DNA of 64,000 bases from an uncultured Alphaproteobacteria bacterium (GTDB taxonomy: Bacteria; Pseudomonadota; Alphaproteobacteria; UBA6615): NCBI GenBank assembly GCA_943787445.1, contig CALSML010000023.1:2273-66272 (forward strand), read 5' to 3'. The translations under genes were made by a program, and so were the position numbers. A model generated the notes under the pieces. That model was not told the origin of the DNA, did no database searches, and saw only the letters and a program-made list of their open reading frames with translations. Each line of letters starts with the position of its first letter. The stretch's first letter is position 1. Shown here in pieces: positions 49,362 through 58,581 of the stretch.

Positions 49362-49574
49362 ATGACAAGCAAGCCATGCCTGACAATCGGAATTTGGGGA
49401 AGTGTAATTGCAGCGGTGTGTTTCTTCACGCCCATACTCGTTGTCGTGCTGAGCGCCCTTGGGCTCTCTGGCCTGATCGGTGTGCTCGACTACGTGTTGC
49501 TTCCCACTCTGGCGATTTTTCTGGCGATAACAGGACTGGCTCTATGGAAACGCAAGACAACTCCGTCGAACTGA
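49362..49574 (+). CDS. MerF-like two-helix membrane protein (vicinal Cys pair reduced to one Cys)
   Basis: 70 aa; AAVCFFTPILVVVLSALGLSGLIGVLDYVLLPTLAIF matches the MerF pattern (LCCFTP...LDYVLLP), but the CC reads CF and the C-terminal CC is absent. Confidence 0.65.
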   Translation: MTSKPCLTIGIWGSVIAAVCFFTPILVVVLSALGLSGLIGVLDYVLLPTLAIFLAITGLALWKRKTTPSN

Positions 49575-49768
49575 TTTCGGTCATAACCTGTCCCGAATGC
49601 AGCCATGTTGAATCCGAAACCATGCCGACAAATGCCTGCCAGTGGTTCTACGACTGCAAGGGATGTGGCGTTTTGCTGAAGCCGAAGACGGGCGACTGCT
49701 GCGTTTATTGTTCCTATGGCACTGTGGCGTGCCCACCCATTCAGGAGGGTGATGCCTGCTGTGCTTAG
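49544..49768 (+). CDS. GDCCVxC-domain Cys-rich metal-binding protein
   Basis: ATG 49544 overlaps the merF-like 3' end by 31 nt: METQDNSVELISVITCPECSH...ACQWFYDCKGCGVLLKPKTGDCCVYCSYGTVACPP...ACCA. Confidence 0.7.
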   Translation: METQDNSVELISVITCPECSHVESETMPTNACQWFYDCKGCGVLLKPKTGDCCVYCSYGTVACPPIQEGDACCA

Positions 49769-49812
49769 CTATGTCTACGCCCAGATGTTGGGGCGAGGGC
49801 ACGAAGCTATTT

Positions 49813-50409
49813 CTAGAGACCTGCGACGATCATGACATTCGAATCCGATGCGGACTGACGGATCTTGATCAGCGGGGCATAGCCCTCGCTGCCGTGAAAC
49901 GCATAAGCCTGCGCCGTATCGGTAAATCCGACAATCACCAGCCGGTCCAGATTCATGCCGCCCTCGACGCAGCGCGTGCGCCCGCCGCGCGCCAGATAGG
50001 TGCCATCAAACCGCGCCAGCGCATCGGGTGCCTGGGCGGCATAGGGCGCATAGTCATCAGCATTTTTGACATGGATTTCAGCGACCAGATAGCCATGACA
50101 TCCGTCTGCATTGCTGCCACCTTCGGGGCCTTCGACAAGCCAGATATGAGAGGTTGTTGTGGCGTGACGGATGGCGGCGATGGGCGCGTAATCCGGGTCA
50201 TCAACGAATGCATTGGCACTGTCCCAGTCGGGAAACTCCAGCACCACGGCGCGACCGTCGGGCCAGCTGCCTTCCACCACGTCGCGCTCGCCACCCCGGA
50301 CGATATAGCGTCCGCCATGCTTTTCGATCTGCAGCGGGGCCTGAGTCTTGTAGGTTTCGTACTTTTCGCCATCGTGAACGTCGATGGCAGCGATCATATA
50401 TGTGGTCAT
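49813..50409 (-). CDS. tandem DUF1330-domain protein
   Basis: 198 aa; two repeats of the DUF1330 pattern (YMIAAIDVHDGEKYETY... and GYLVAEIHVKNADDYAPY...). Confidence 0.75.
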   Translation of the reverse strand: MTTYMIAAIDVHDGEKYETYKTQAPLQIEKHGGRYIVRGGERDVVEGSWPDGRAVVLEFPDWDSANAFVDDPDYAPIAAIRHATTTSHIWLVEGPEGGSNADGCHGYLVAEIHVKNADDYAPYAAQAPDALARFDGTYLARGGRTRCVEGGMNLDRLVIVGFTDTAQAYAFHGSEGYAPLIKIRQSASDSNVMIVAGL

Positions 50410-50506
50410 GGTGGCCCTGAAAGTGAGACAAGAAGTTCAGAACGGTATGCTATGCACTGGGCCTGCGAATTGCATCCCCTGAAACCGACCTGTAGAACCC
50501 GGCAAC

Positions 50507-51664
50507 ATGGCACGCGACATCGATAAGTCTATCAAACCCGCGACGCTGTCGGCGCAGGCCCTCGGCTGGCTCGATCCGTCGACCCGCGCCGTGGCGCCGC
50601 CTATCCATCCGTCGACAAATTATGCGCGGGACGAGAACTACGCGAAGTTCGAAAATCGCGCCTATACGCGGGATGAAAACCCGACCTATGAGCAGCTCGA
50701 AGCACTGCTGGCGGCCCTTGAAAAGGGGGCAGCGGCGATGGTGTTCGGATCCGGCATGGCGTCGGCGACGACTGTCATGATGTCGCTGTCGCCCGGGGAT
50801 CACGTGGTGGCGCCCACCATCATGTATTTCGGTTTGCGCAACTGGCTGGTGAATGTCGGCCGTCGCTGGGGTCTGGAGGTGGATTTTGTGCCGCCCGGCG
50901 ACATGGTGGCGCTGGCAAACGCCGTCGAGAAGGACAAAACCAGGCTGGTTTGGATCGAAACCCCGGCCAACCCAACCTGGGAAGTGACGGATATTGAGGA
51001 GGCCGCGCGCATCGCTCATGACGCGGGTGCCATTCTGGGTGTGGATTCAACGGTGGCGACACCGGTTCTGACCAATCCCATCGACTTTGGCGCGGATATT
51101 GTCATGCATTCAGGCACCAAATATCTGAACGGGCATGGGGATGTGCTGGCGGGTGCGCTGGTGACCGCGCGGAAAGACGAATTGTGGAACCGGATGAATT
51201 ATCTGCGGTTCGAGAATGGCGGCATGCTGGGTGCGTTCGAGGCCTGGTTGTTGCTGCGTGGTATGCGGACCTTGCATCTGCGTGTGGCTCAGGCCAGCCA
51301 ATCGGCTTTGCGGATTGCAGAGCATTTCGAAAATCACCCGCAGGTCGCGGCGGTTCTCTATCCCGGTTTACCGACTCATGAAGGCCATGACATTGCGGCG
51401 CGCCAGATGAATGGCGGATTTGGCGGCATGCTGTCGTTGCGCGTAAAAGGCGGCACGGACGCGGCGCTGGAAGTTGCCAAGGCGCTTAAGCTGTTTGTCT
51501 CGGCCACCTCCCTGGGGGGCGTGGAGAGCCTCGTGGAGCATCGCGCCACGGTGGAAGGGCCCGAGAGCCCGGTTCCTGATGATCTGCTGCGGCTTTCCGT
51601 CGGTGTGGAAGATGCCGGCGATCTGATCGCCGATCTCGAGCGTGCGCTCGCCGCGTCGCCCTGA
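50507..51664 (+). CDS. Cys/Met-metabolism PLP-dependent enzyme (cystathionine gamma-synthase/beta-lyase family)
   Basis: 385 aa; PLP-lysine motif HSGTKYLNGHGD; SLGGVESLVEH; LLRLSVGVED. Confidence 0.9.
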   Translation: MARDIDKSIKPATLSAQALGWLDPSTRAVAPPIHPSTNYARDENYAKFENRAYTRDENPTYEQLEALLAALEKGAAAMVFGSGMASATTVMMSLSPGDHVVAPTIMYFGLRNWLVNVGRRWGLEVDFVPPGDMVALANAVEKDKTRLVWIETPANPTWEVTDIEEAARIAHDAGAILGVDSTVATPVLTNPIDFGADIVMHSGTKYLNGHGDVLAGALVTARKDELWNRMNYLRFENGGMLGAFEAWLLLRGMRTLHLRVAQASQSALRIAEHFENHPQVAAVLYPGLPTHEGHDIAARQMNGGFGGMLSLRVKGGTDAALEVAKALKLFVSATSLGGVESLVEHRATVEGPESPVPDDLLRLSVGVEDAGDLIADLERALAASP

Positions 51665-51698
51665 ACGCCGCAGTCGATATTCAGATCAGATTGCAGAT

Positions 51699-51908
51699 CT
51701 AGGCTGAAACGCGCTGCGCCTCGGTGTCCGGAAAAGAGACAACAGTCGAATTGGCACGTTCGGGCAAAATCGAGCCGAGTTCACGGCGTGCATGTTCGAG
51801 TGCTGCCAGTTCCTTGGCGTCGTCGCGATCAATCACCTGAAGGCAGGACAGCTTGATTTCGACGAGATCAATCAGGGTTTCAACGGAACGTTTGGTCAGA
51901 CTTGCCAT
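51699..51908 (-). CDS. hypothetical small protein
   Basis: 69-aa ORF, no recognisable motif; coding status uncertain. Confidence 0.4.
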   Translation of the reverse strand: MASLTKRSVETLIDLVEIKLSCLQVIDRDDAKELAALEHARRELGSILPERANSTVVSFPDTEAQRVSA

Positions 51909-52076
51909 AATCCAGTTCCTTTCTGGGGTGGACTACAGCAAAGAATAGGAAGCATTTGATTTACATTTGGTGATAGTTTGCGCGATCTCTGGCCATCTTC
52001 TGTTAACCAATCTGCAAGGCTCACTCGCTAGAATTTCTGCATTGGCCGCAGATGCGGCGAACAGGGGAGAGCCGAT

Positions 52077-52538
52077 ATGGCCGCCACCGCAGATAAGACC
52101 CAACCCGATCAGCCGATACGCCCGGATCACATTGTCGATGACATCGGGACACCGAAATACAATCGCCGCCTGAGTGACAAGATCTTGGCCGCGTTCAACC
52201 ACGCTTATGCGGTGGGTGAAATGGAGGTTGCGGCGAGCTTGCGCGAACTTCTGGCCCGTCTCGACAAGGGGGCGGATTCCGAAGATGAGAATCTGCGACG
52301 CGAGGGCACGATTGCACTGAGCCAGGCCGATCTCTGGATCGAATTTGTCGAAGCCCGCAATGACTACCGTGTGGCTTGTGACACACCGCAGTCCGATCCC
52401 ATCGCGCTGGACTGCATGCTCGAAGTGATGAAATCCGCTCTGGAACTCGGTCTAGGCATACAGCTGAACAGGCATGATCTGGAGCTGATTTTTTCCGATA
52501 CGATGGCAAAAATGCAGCCGGCGCAATGTGTGGATTGA
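52077..52538 (+). CDS. hypothetical protein
   Basis: 153-aa ORF, helical and acidic, no recognisable motif. Confidence 0.45.
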   Translation: MAATADKTQPDQPIRPDHIVDDIGTPKYNRRLSDKILAAFNHAYAVGEMEVAASLRELLARLDKGADSEDENLRREGTIALSQADLWIEFVEARNDYRVACDTPQSDPIALDCMLEVMKSALELGLGIQLNRHDLELIFSDTMAKMQPAQCVD

Positions 52539-52598
52539 CACCCGCCGAACACCTTGGCACAACCCGTCTCGCATACGTCGTGACGACCCACTCTGTGC

Positions 52599-52690
52599 GG
52601 AGGGGTGGCCGAGTGGCTGAAGGCGACGGTTTGCTAAATCGTTATACGGGTAACCCCGTATCGAGGGTTCGAATCCCTCTCCCTCCGCCA
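52599..52690 (+). tRNA. tRNA-Ser (anticodon GCT)
   Basis: GGAGGGG acceptor stem pairs with TCCCTCC (one G-U). Anticodon stem ACGGT/ATCGT with loop TTGCTAA. Long variable arm TATACGGGTAACCCCGTATC. T-arm GAGGG-TTCGAAT-CCCTC. Discriminator G and encoded CCA. Confidence 0.93.
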
Positions 52691-53010
52691 ACATTATCAT
52701 GCATTGCGAGATTCATCGCTTTGGCCAACTGGCCACGTAGTTCGAGTTCGAACTGCCCGCGCGGTTGCGCTGGATGGGCTATGATACGGTCGATCAGTCC
52801 ACGCAGCGCTGCGGAGGCTTCATCGCGTACCATTGGATCTGCATGAAGGGCTTCTGACAGGTTTGCGATCTTTTGCCTACAGAGGTCGGCCGCATTGGGG
52901 TGCCACTCGATCGTTGTCGGTTCCTCGTCGTTGAACACCACAAGGTCCAAGAGCCTTGCCTCGAGTTTCTGTAATTTCTCGCCGATAGCTCCGAGTTCGC
53001 TGCCGTTCAT
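52691..53010 (-). pseudogene. C-terminal fragment of a large serine recombinase
   Basis: WHPNAADLCRQKIANLSEALHADPMVRDEASAALRGLIDRIIAHPAQPRGQFELELRGQLAKAM matches the conserved tail of large serine recombinases (HPN.AE.YR.K...L..AL....R.EA...LR.LIDRI...P). No catalytic or recombinase domains upstream. The ORF runs on into the tRNA. Confidence 0.7.
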
Positions 53011-53170
53011 GCTTCAACCTTCAACCATTTTAATCTCGACCGCCATCTCAACAGCCGCTCCGTCTTCAAGCAGAATCGCTCCGCCGCGCTGGCCGAGTGG
53101 CGTCAACTGGCGGCATCAATGTGTTGATTGGCCATTTGGAGGCCGGTTTGCGTTAGGCTGACACCACCCA

Positions 53171-53926
53171 TCAATGGGCACAAAAATCGCCTGTGTTACC
53201 ATGAGTATAAGCTAACTTGGTGAGTATGACTGCTACCGCTTTAATTTCAACAAGACGGCAAACCTCGGCTTTAGAGTTTACGGTGAACGTGAAAATGGAA
53301 CTCGCCCCAAAGTGCTTCCGCACCACGTCGAGATTCTGATAGCTGATACTGACGGCATCAATTCCAAAAAGCCAAGTGAGGCTTTTAATCGCAATAAAAT
53401 AAAATGGGCTGCGTTCATGATCTGCCGACATCCAATAGACCGTCGCGGCTCCGTGTTGGTCCAGGCTTACCAATTCCATAAACTCTGGGCTTTCGACATA
53501 AGTGCGTTCTGCAAGCTCAAGGTCTGACAGCACGTTGACGAACTCTGCTATGTCTTTGACGTTCATTTCATCCAAATTTTTGAGATCTAGCCATACCCAG
53601 CTTTGTTCAGGTATGACCAAATCACGCAAGCTGATAATTTTCCCTTGATGTCGAACATAGGGCCGGTCATGCGAAACAATTACGGATTTGCGATCGAGGT
53701 CATAAAAAACATCAAGCTCTACTCCACTGAAACCTGCGGCAAAGCTTCGGGCAACGGCTTTAGGTGAATTTTCGGGTAATTTCAGCCCCTCCGCCCCTCC
53801 GCGGTGCGCCCAAACGTGCGTTTGAGCGAAATGAGTGGATTTAGACAACGGTAAATCCACAGCCATCAGATACACGCAACCCATAGCCCCCCCCCGGCCG
53901 TTATTAATAAGACGGCCCGCCCACAT
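53171..53926 (-). CDS. glycerophosphodiester phosphodiesterase (GDPD)-like protein
   Basis: VWAHRGG...PENSPKAVARSFAAGFSGVELDVFYD...VIVSHD. Start uncertain (ATG 53926 or 53884); a G9 tract lies between them. Confidence 0.7.
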   Translation of the reverse strand: MWAGRLINNGRGGAMGCVYLMAVDLPLSKSTHFAQTHVWAHRGGAEGLKLPENSPKAVARSFAAGFSGVELDVFYDLDRKSVIVSHDRPYVRHQGKIISLRDLVIPEQSWVWLDLKNLDEMNVKDIAEFVNVLSDLELAERTYVESPEFMELVSLDQHGAATVYWMSADHERSPFYFIAIKSLTWLFGIDAVSISYQNLDVVRKHFGASSIFTFTVNSKAEVCRLVEIKAVAVILTKLAYTHGNTGDFCAH

Positions 53927-53969
53927 GATCCTGTGATCAACGAAAAGCTTGGGAAATAATTTCTGCCTT

Positions 53970-55505
53970 TTAATCACTGGGACGGTATTGCTTGATGTCC
54001 GCGCCAAGGCGGTTGTTAAGGCTGCCATATATCATGACGTCACCCAACTCAGCCGAGATAGAACTTGCTTGGGTGGGGCGAAACCCGAGCGCATCGACGA
54101 TCGCGTCATATAGCTCCATATTTGATAGCGGCGGTTTTCTTACATTATGCAATAACATTGGCACTTTCCATTCGGCTATCTTGGGTGCATCCGAGTTGCA
54201 ATGGGAAAAACCGCTTTTCGAGAGATCTTGACCATGGTCGGATAGATAAAATATCCGGCTATCCCGGACCTGTTGATGACGGAACAATTCTGCGAGAAAC
54301 CTGAACGTGTTTTCATAAATGCTCAAAAGATAGGATCGCTCTCGCTGCGACTTTGCAGGAAGAGATGCAAACCTCTCTAGCACCTCATGCCTAATCTGGA
54401 GATCATAAGGAAAATGTGATCCGTTCTTGATTAATAAAATAAACATAGGTTCGGAACGTCCTAACAAAGCCAAGGCTTGGCGCAACGCCAAACGGTCCCG
54501 CTCAGGCCTTGATGCTGCTCCGAAATAATACCTTTCATCCATTAAGGCGATATCATCCGTGGTTTGTAGATATTGGTGCTGCCCTGCCAATTCTTGGGAA
54601 CTGATATAAGCCGTGGTGAAGTCTGCAGTCTTAGCCCTTCGCCACAAACTAGGACTTATTTGTAGTCCGCCATCGATGATTTTAAGTCCGTTGACCAATC
54701 CCCAAACAGATTGAGCACTGCAATTATGGGTTGTGTAGAACGGTTTGGCAGTATCAAGAAATGTCAGAATGTCGGCTTTGTCCTTCATGGGAAGAACATC
54801 TGACCTGATGTGTTCAAGCACCTATACGTATTGGTCGAAAGCCGTGCTTTCATCAATGATGATTAAAATAGATTTACTGGAAATATTATCATAGCTGTAA
54901 GTGAAATCGTCGCGCATGGTGAAGTTACTTGAGATTTGTGTAAGTGGTAACGGCAGGAGGCTGGTTACCTGAACCGGCATACCGATAACACCATAGCCAC
55001 TGCGCGCAATAATCAGACCAAAAGAGCCGATAATCATCACGGTTACCATGGCCATGACACCCTTGCGCGCTACCCGGGCGAAGCTACCGCCCGCTTGCAA
55101 ACGGACGGTAATGCTCTCATTGGGAAGAAGAATACCCGCTATGCCGATGATGGCGGTGCCAATGCTCATAAGCAGTGGTTTGAAATGTTCACGCAACAGA
55201 TCGATGGCACTTTCGTGCGCCACTAGGGCAACGTCTATGGCGTCGATAGAAATCGGCTGCCCGGTTATGATCCAATAATACTGACCGGTAATGCCAGAAA
55301 TAATCAGCGGCGCAAAACACAGTACCTTTATTGACCTGTTCGAAAAAAAAGAACAATAAGTAAAAAAAATAGAGAATAACACGAAATAGGTAACGAAAAA
55401 TAACATCTTAACGGTACTGTTGTGGCCCACTTGCACGAATACCACGTCGTAAAGCAAGACGTTAGAGGCCAGTAAATATAAACATATAAGTAAAGATTTG
55501 ATCAT
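53970..55505 (-). pseudogene. membrane-anchored sulfatase-fold transferase (phosphoethanolamine/phosphoglycerol-transferase-like) split by one in-frame TAG
   Basis: ATG 55505 (MIKSLLICLYLL...), about 5 TM helices, then ILIIIDESTAFDQYV-TAG(54822-54824)-VLEHIRSDVLPMKD...HNCSAQSVW...LIKNGSHFPY...IFYLSDHGQDL. The two track ORFs abut in the same frame. Confidence 0.7.
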
Positions 55506-55786
55506 CGCGTTACTTTTTACATGCGATTGGAATAACTTCCAGAAAAGAAAATCAATAATTCGTGTGCCGGCGTTGTGGAAGCGCTGGGTCGAAAAGCAGA
55601 CGAAGAGTTGCGCTTGTTGATCGCCGCATGCTTTCTGACTGTGGCTTTGGGAACGCCGAGCTTCCGGATCGTTGGCTGGACGACGGCATTTCTCGTCTGG
55701 TTCCCACGTTACTGGCAATTCGGAGACGGGTTCGCACGAGACTCCGTCCTCCGCCATTTTGTATCTGAAATAGACCCAACCTCTTC

Positions 55787-57058
55787 CTATTTTTTAGACG
55801 CTTGTCTTCGTCGTGTGCTTTCAGGGTATCGGTTCGAAAGGTCTTCATTGGCCAGATTCTTGCCGACTTTGTGCCAGAACTTGAAAAAACCGCCCTCACA
55901 TGCTGGCCACGCCCGCCGGTCCCAATCCCGTACCGATATCCGAACACGGATCCCAGCTTTTTCCAGGGCGGGCCAAACACTGGCCAGGGCATCGGCCGTG
56001 GGACCAACCGGCAGATAAGACAAAACCACAACCCTGAGTTTGTGTTTCTGCGCCCAAGCTGTGATTTGCGCCGCATAGTCCCCAGTCGGGATGTGTTTCT
56101 CTGCTTCTGCGGCGCCGGACCGTGCGAGCGCATCTTTCAGCGCACCTCGCGTAAAGCGGGTCACATGAGGTGCGATTTGCAAAATCGAACGGTTTGCTGT
56201 TGCCTCCACTGCCAATGCGGTCGAGAAGCGCCAGCCTTGTTCGCAGAGAAACTCGGGGTTCAGATCCTCATCGCAAAGCAAAAGACCGGCGTCTTCATAT
56301 GGGCGTTTTTGCGGTTCGAATTCAAGCGGATGTGGCTGTGGAGGCGAAGGAGCCTCAATCGTAATTGCTTTCTGTGCAAGCCCAACCGGCGGCGAAAAGC
56401 GGTTATTGGTATATCGCATGATGTTAGCGGGACCGGCGAGATACGTCTTGCCGCGTGTTTGAAGCCCGGCGACCCAACGCCAGGAAAGCGTGTTGGAAGC
56501 GGCATCGCCATCGATCAGATAGCGGAGGAAAAAATCTGCGCCCAGTTCCCAGGGTAGTTTGAGCGTGAAGATCCAGATGCTTGCAAACCACATCCGGGCG
56601 TGGTTGTGCAGATATCCGGTATCGATTAGTTCTCGCGACCAGAAGTCGAAGCACTCTATTCCGGTGGAGCCGCTTGTCGCTGCCTCCAGCCTTTGTGCCA
56701 GTTCAGGTGTGTTTGTGATCTCTTCGATGTTCTTTTCGAGCGCAGTCGTATAGCCGCGCCAGATCGATGGGTGTTGTTCAAGCCAACCTTTCCAGTAGGT
56801 GCGCCAGCAGACTTCCTGAATGAACTTTTCAGCACCACGATTCCCGTGAACCGTGACAGTGGCTGCAACCACTTCCTGCTCGTTGATCAGTCTATGACGT
56901 ATCCACGGAGAAAGAGTAGAGACCTGAGGCTTTTCGCCGGGGCCGTAATCGATATTGCGAAGACGTGCGTAGTTGTTTCCTGCATGCGGCAGGAACGCTG
57001 AGAGTTGTAACAAACCGGCTTCACGCGACGGAGTGCGGCTATCCGTTTCTGGTGTCAT
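55787..57058 (-). CDS. photolyase/cryptochrome-related protein with FAD-binding domain first and an alpha/beta-like domain last
   Basis: STLSPWIRHRL, EVCWRTYWKGW, TGYLHNHARMWFASIW and LIDGDAASNTLSWRWVAG match FAD_binding_7 motifs starting at about residue 20. The C-terminal ~170 aa (LLLCDEDLNPEFL...VVVLSYLPVGP...GIRVRISVRDWD...GGFFKFW) resemble the photolyase N-terminal domain. The track start 57064 is TTG. Confidence 0.7.
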   Translation of the reverse strand: MTPETDSRTPSREAGLLQLSAFLPHAGNNYARLRNIDYGPGEKPQVSTLSPWIRHRLINEQEVVAATVTVHGNRGAEKFIQEVCWRTYWKGWLEQHPSIWRGYTTALEKNIEEITNTPELAQRLEAATSGSTGIECFDFWSRELIDTGYLHNHARMWFASIWIFTLKLPWELGADFFLRYLIDGDAASNTLSWRWVAGLQTRGKTYLAGPANIMRYTNNRFSPPVGLAQKAITIEAPSPPQPHPLEFEPQKRPYEDAGLLLCDEDLNPEFLCEQGWRFSTALAVEATANRSILQIAPHVTRFTRGALKDALARSGAAEAEKHIPTGDYAAQITAWAQKHKLRVVVLSYLPVGPTADALASVWPALEKAGIRVRISVRDWDRRAWPACEGGFFKFWHKVGKNLANEDLSNRYPESTRRRQASKK

Positions 57059-57272
57059 AGGCAATGATCTTTTTCGACTTCATTGATCGTTGCGTGAACT
57101 GCTTTTGCCCGACAAAGATCGGGAACGACAGGCACGTTAGAGCACCACACGACGATCGTGGCGGGCCAAGCGCATTGTATGCTTCTTTTCGGGGGGGCTG
57201 CATAACGCCCGATGGACCCTCGTTCGTGTGACCTCGCTGAACTCAGCCGCTGCGCTGTGCGAGCCCACTTCC

Positions 57273-57569
57273 TCAGGAGGCCTCGAATTTGAGGAATTCG
57301 ACCGTGTTTCCAAAGGGGTCCTGAACATAAACGCTGGCCGTCCCATCGCGGTGCGGGGTCAACTTTCCATATTTTTCTGCGTCCTGTGCTTCGAACGCCA
57401 CGTGAGGAGGGTGCTGTGATGCCAATACGAGAGCGACTGACGTGTTTTCGATTTTCAGAAGGGCCCAAGTCTCGTCTTGGTAGGCAATTTTGGCATGAAG
57501 CGTCGGAACATACCAATCGACGGCTTGCCTGATGTCAGAAACGCAGAGGGCGACGTGATGCAAATTCAT
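57273..57569 (-). CDS. small VOC (glyoxalase) family protein
   Basis: 98 aa; MNLHHVALCVSDIRQAVDWY...YVQDPFGNTVEF. Confidence 0.8.
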   Translation of the reverse strand: MNLHHVALCVSDIRQAVDWYVPTLHAKIAYQDETWALLKIENTSVALVLASQHPPHVAFEAQDAEKYGKLTPHRDGTASVYVQDPFGNTVEFLKFEAS

Positions 57570-57772
57570 TCGATTTTGCCTTTAAGTGTTCAATTCGACC
57601 GAGAGACTGGTCCTTTCCTCTCCGTCGAAAAAACGATCTAAAAATTGCCAGCAACACAGCAGAGGGCTGGGCTGTTACCGCTGGGTACAAAAAGGATCGG
57701 GCGGTTAAGATGCTATACATCGTCCCTCCACAAGACAGATCCAAAACGAACTAAGTCGCGTATTGAATTTTT

Positions 57773-58042
57773 ATGGAAACTGCGCCTCATCTTGCCTTCG
57801 TTAGACTGGTTGGTGATGACACGGTCGTCATCAAGAACCGGAATACAACAATCGGCTACGCCACTTTCGATGCCGCTGTCGGCGAACTCACCTATATTTT
57901 TGTTAATAGGGCATTCCGCAATCACGGTTTTGGTACAATGCTTGTCGATGCTGCTCAGCGCGCGTCAGGTAAGTTCCTCAAGCCTGCGGAGCCTCTATCG
58001 CCGCTCGGCAAGCAGTTTTTTGAAGCTTTTTACAAGTCATAA
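57773..58042 (+). CDS. short GNAT-family N-acetyltransferase
   Basis: 89 aa; acetyl-CoA motif A-like YIFVNRAFRNHGFGTMLVDAA. Confidence 0.6.
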   Translation: METAPHLAFVRLVGDDTVVIKNRNTTIGYATFDAAVGELTYIFVNRAFRNHGFGTMLVDAAQRASGKFLKPAEPLSPLGKQFFEAFYKS

Positions 58043-58172
58043 GTTGCTCCTAATTTTCCTTGGACAAACGTGCGGGGAGACTGCGGTTAAGAATCGCCTG
58101 AGCAGGATCCGTTCGAAGCAGTGATTTCATTACGGTCAATGAAAAAACGACAACCCCAAGTGACGGAATAAT

Positions 58173-58466
58173 TCAGCCGCCCCAAACGTCATCATAGCGT
58201 GCCGTTCCGTCGCTCTTCGGGAAGTCGCGGTAGGTTGAAAGCTTTTGCGCTGTATGAAATGTTGCGCCAGTAAACGCTAGCCCGAGCGCAAATAACAGGT
58301 GTAAGGCAATAAGCTCTCCGTACCAAAGCCAAGCGCCGGCCATCATACAAAAAATAGACGTCCACATCAGGCTCAAAACAACCATGATCTGAAAGCTCTG
58401 TTGTCGGGGAAGATCTCGCAGAGGGTTTCGGTTGGAATCCATAATGGAACGATATAGTGAAATCAT
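58173..58466 (-). CDS. hypothetical 2-TM membrane protein
   Basis: 97-aa ORF with two clear hydrophobic helices (FQIMVVLSLMWTSIFCMMAGAWLW / LIALHLLFALGLAFTGATF). Confidence 0.5.
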   Translation of the reverse strand: MISLYRSIMDSNRNPLRDLPRQQSFQIMVVLSLMWTSIFCMMAGAWLWYGELIALHLLFALGLAFTGATFHTAQKLSTYRDFPKSDGTARYDDVWGG

Positions 58467-58581
58467 TTGAATCTCTCGCTTATGTTCGAGATGTTTACGA
58501 TTTCATTCGTCGCTTGGATTAAAACTTCACACACAATCGAATCATGGCAGCCATGCACGAGAAGCGCATCAATGGGGCTGG

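Noticed and set aside
50410-50506. Possible SAM-type riboswitch upstream of the Cys/Met PLP enzyme gene
   Set aside because: I could not recognise the conserved SAM-II/SAM-V core (the AAAGCU pseudoknot element) or any convincing stem architecture. It would need a covariance-model scan.
52642-52699. 3' part of ORF 52642..53010 overlapping the tRNA-Ser gene
   Set aside because: The recombinase-like similarity stops at the tRNA boundary. The remaining codons are just the reverse complement of the tRNA T-arm and acceptor stem.
57191-57197. G7 run between the small VOC gene and the photolyase-like gene as a second phase-variation tract
   Set aside because: It is intergenic with no defined promoter elements around it and is shorter than typical contingency tracts. 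Noted only as a possible sequencing-error site.
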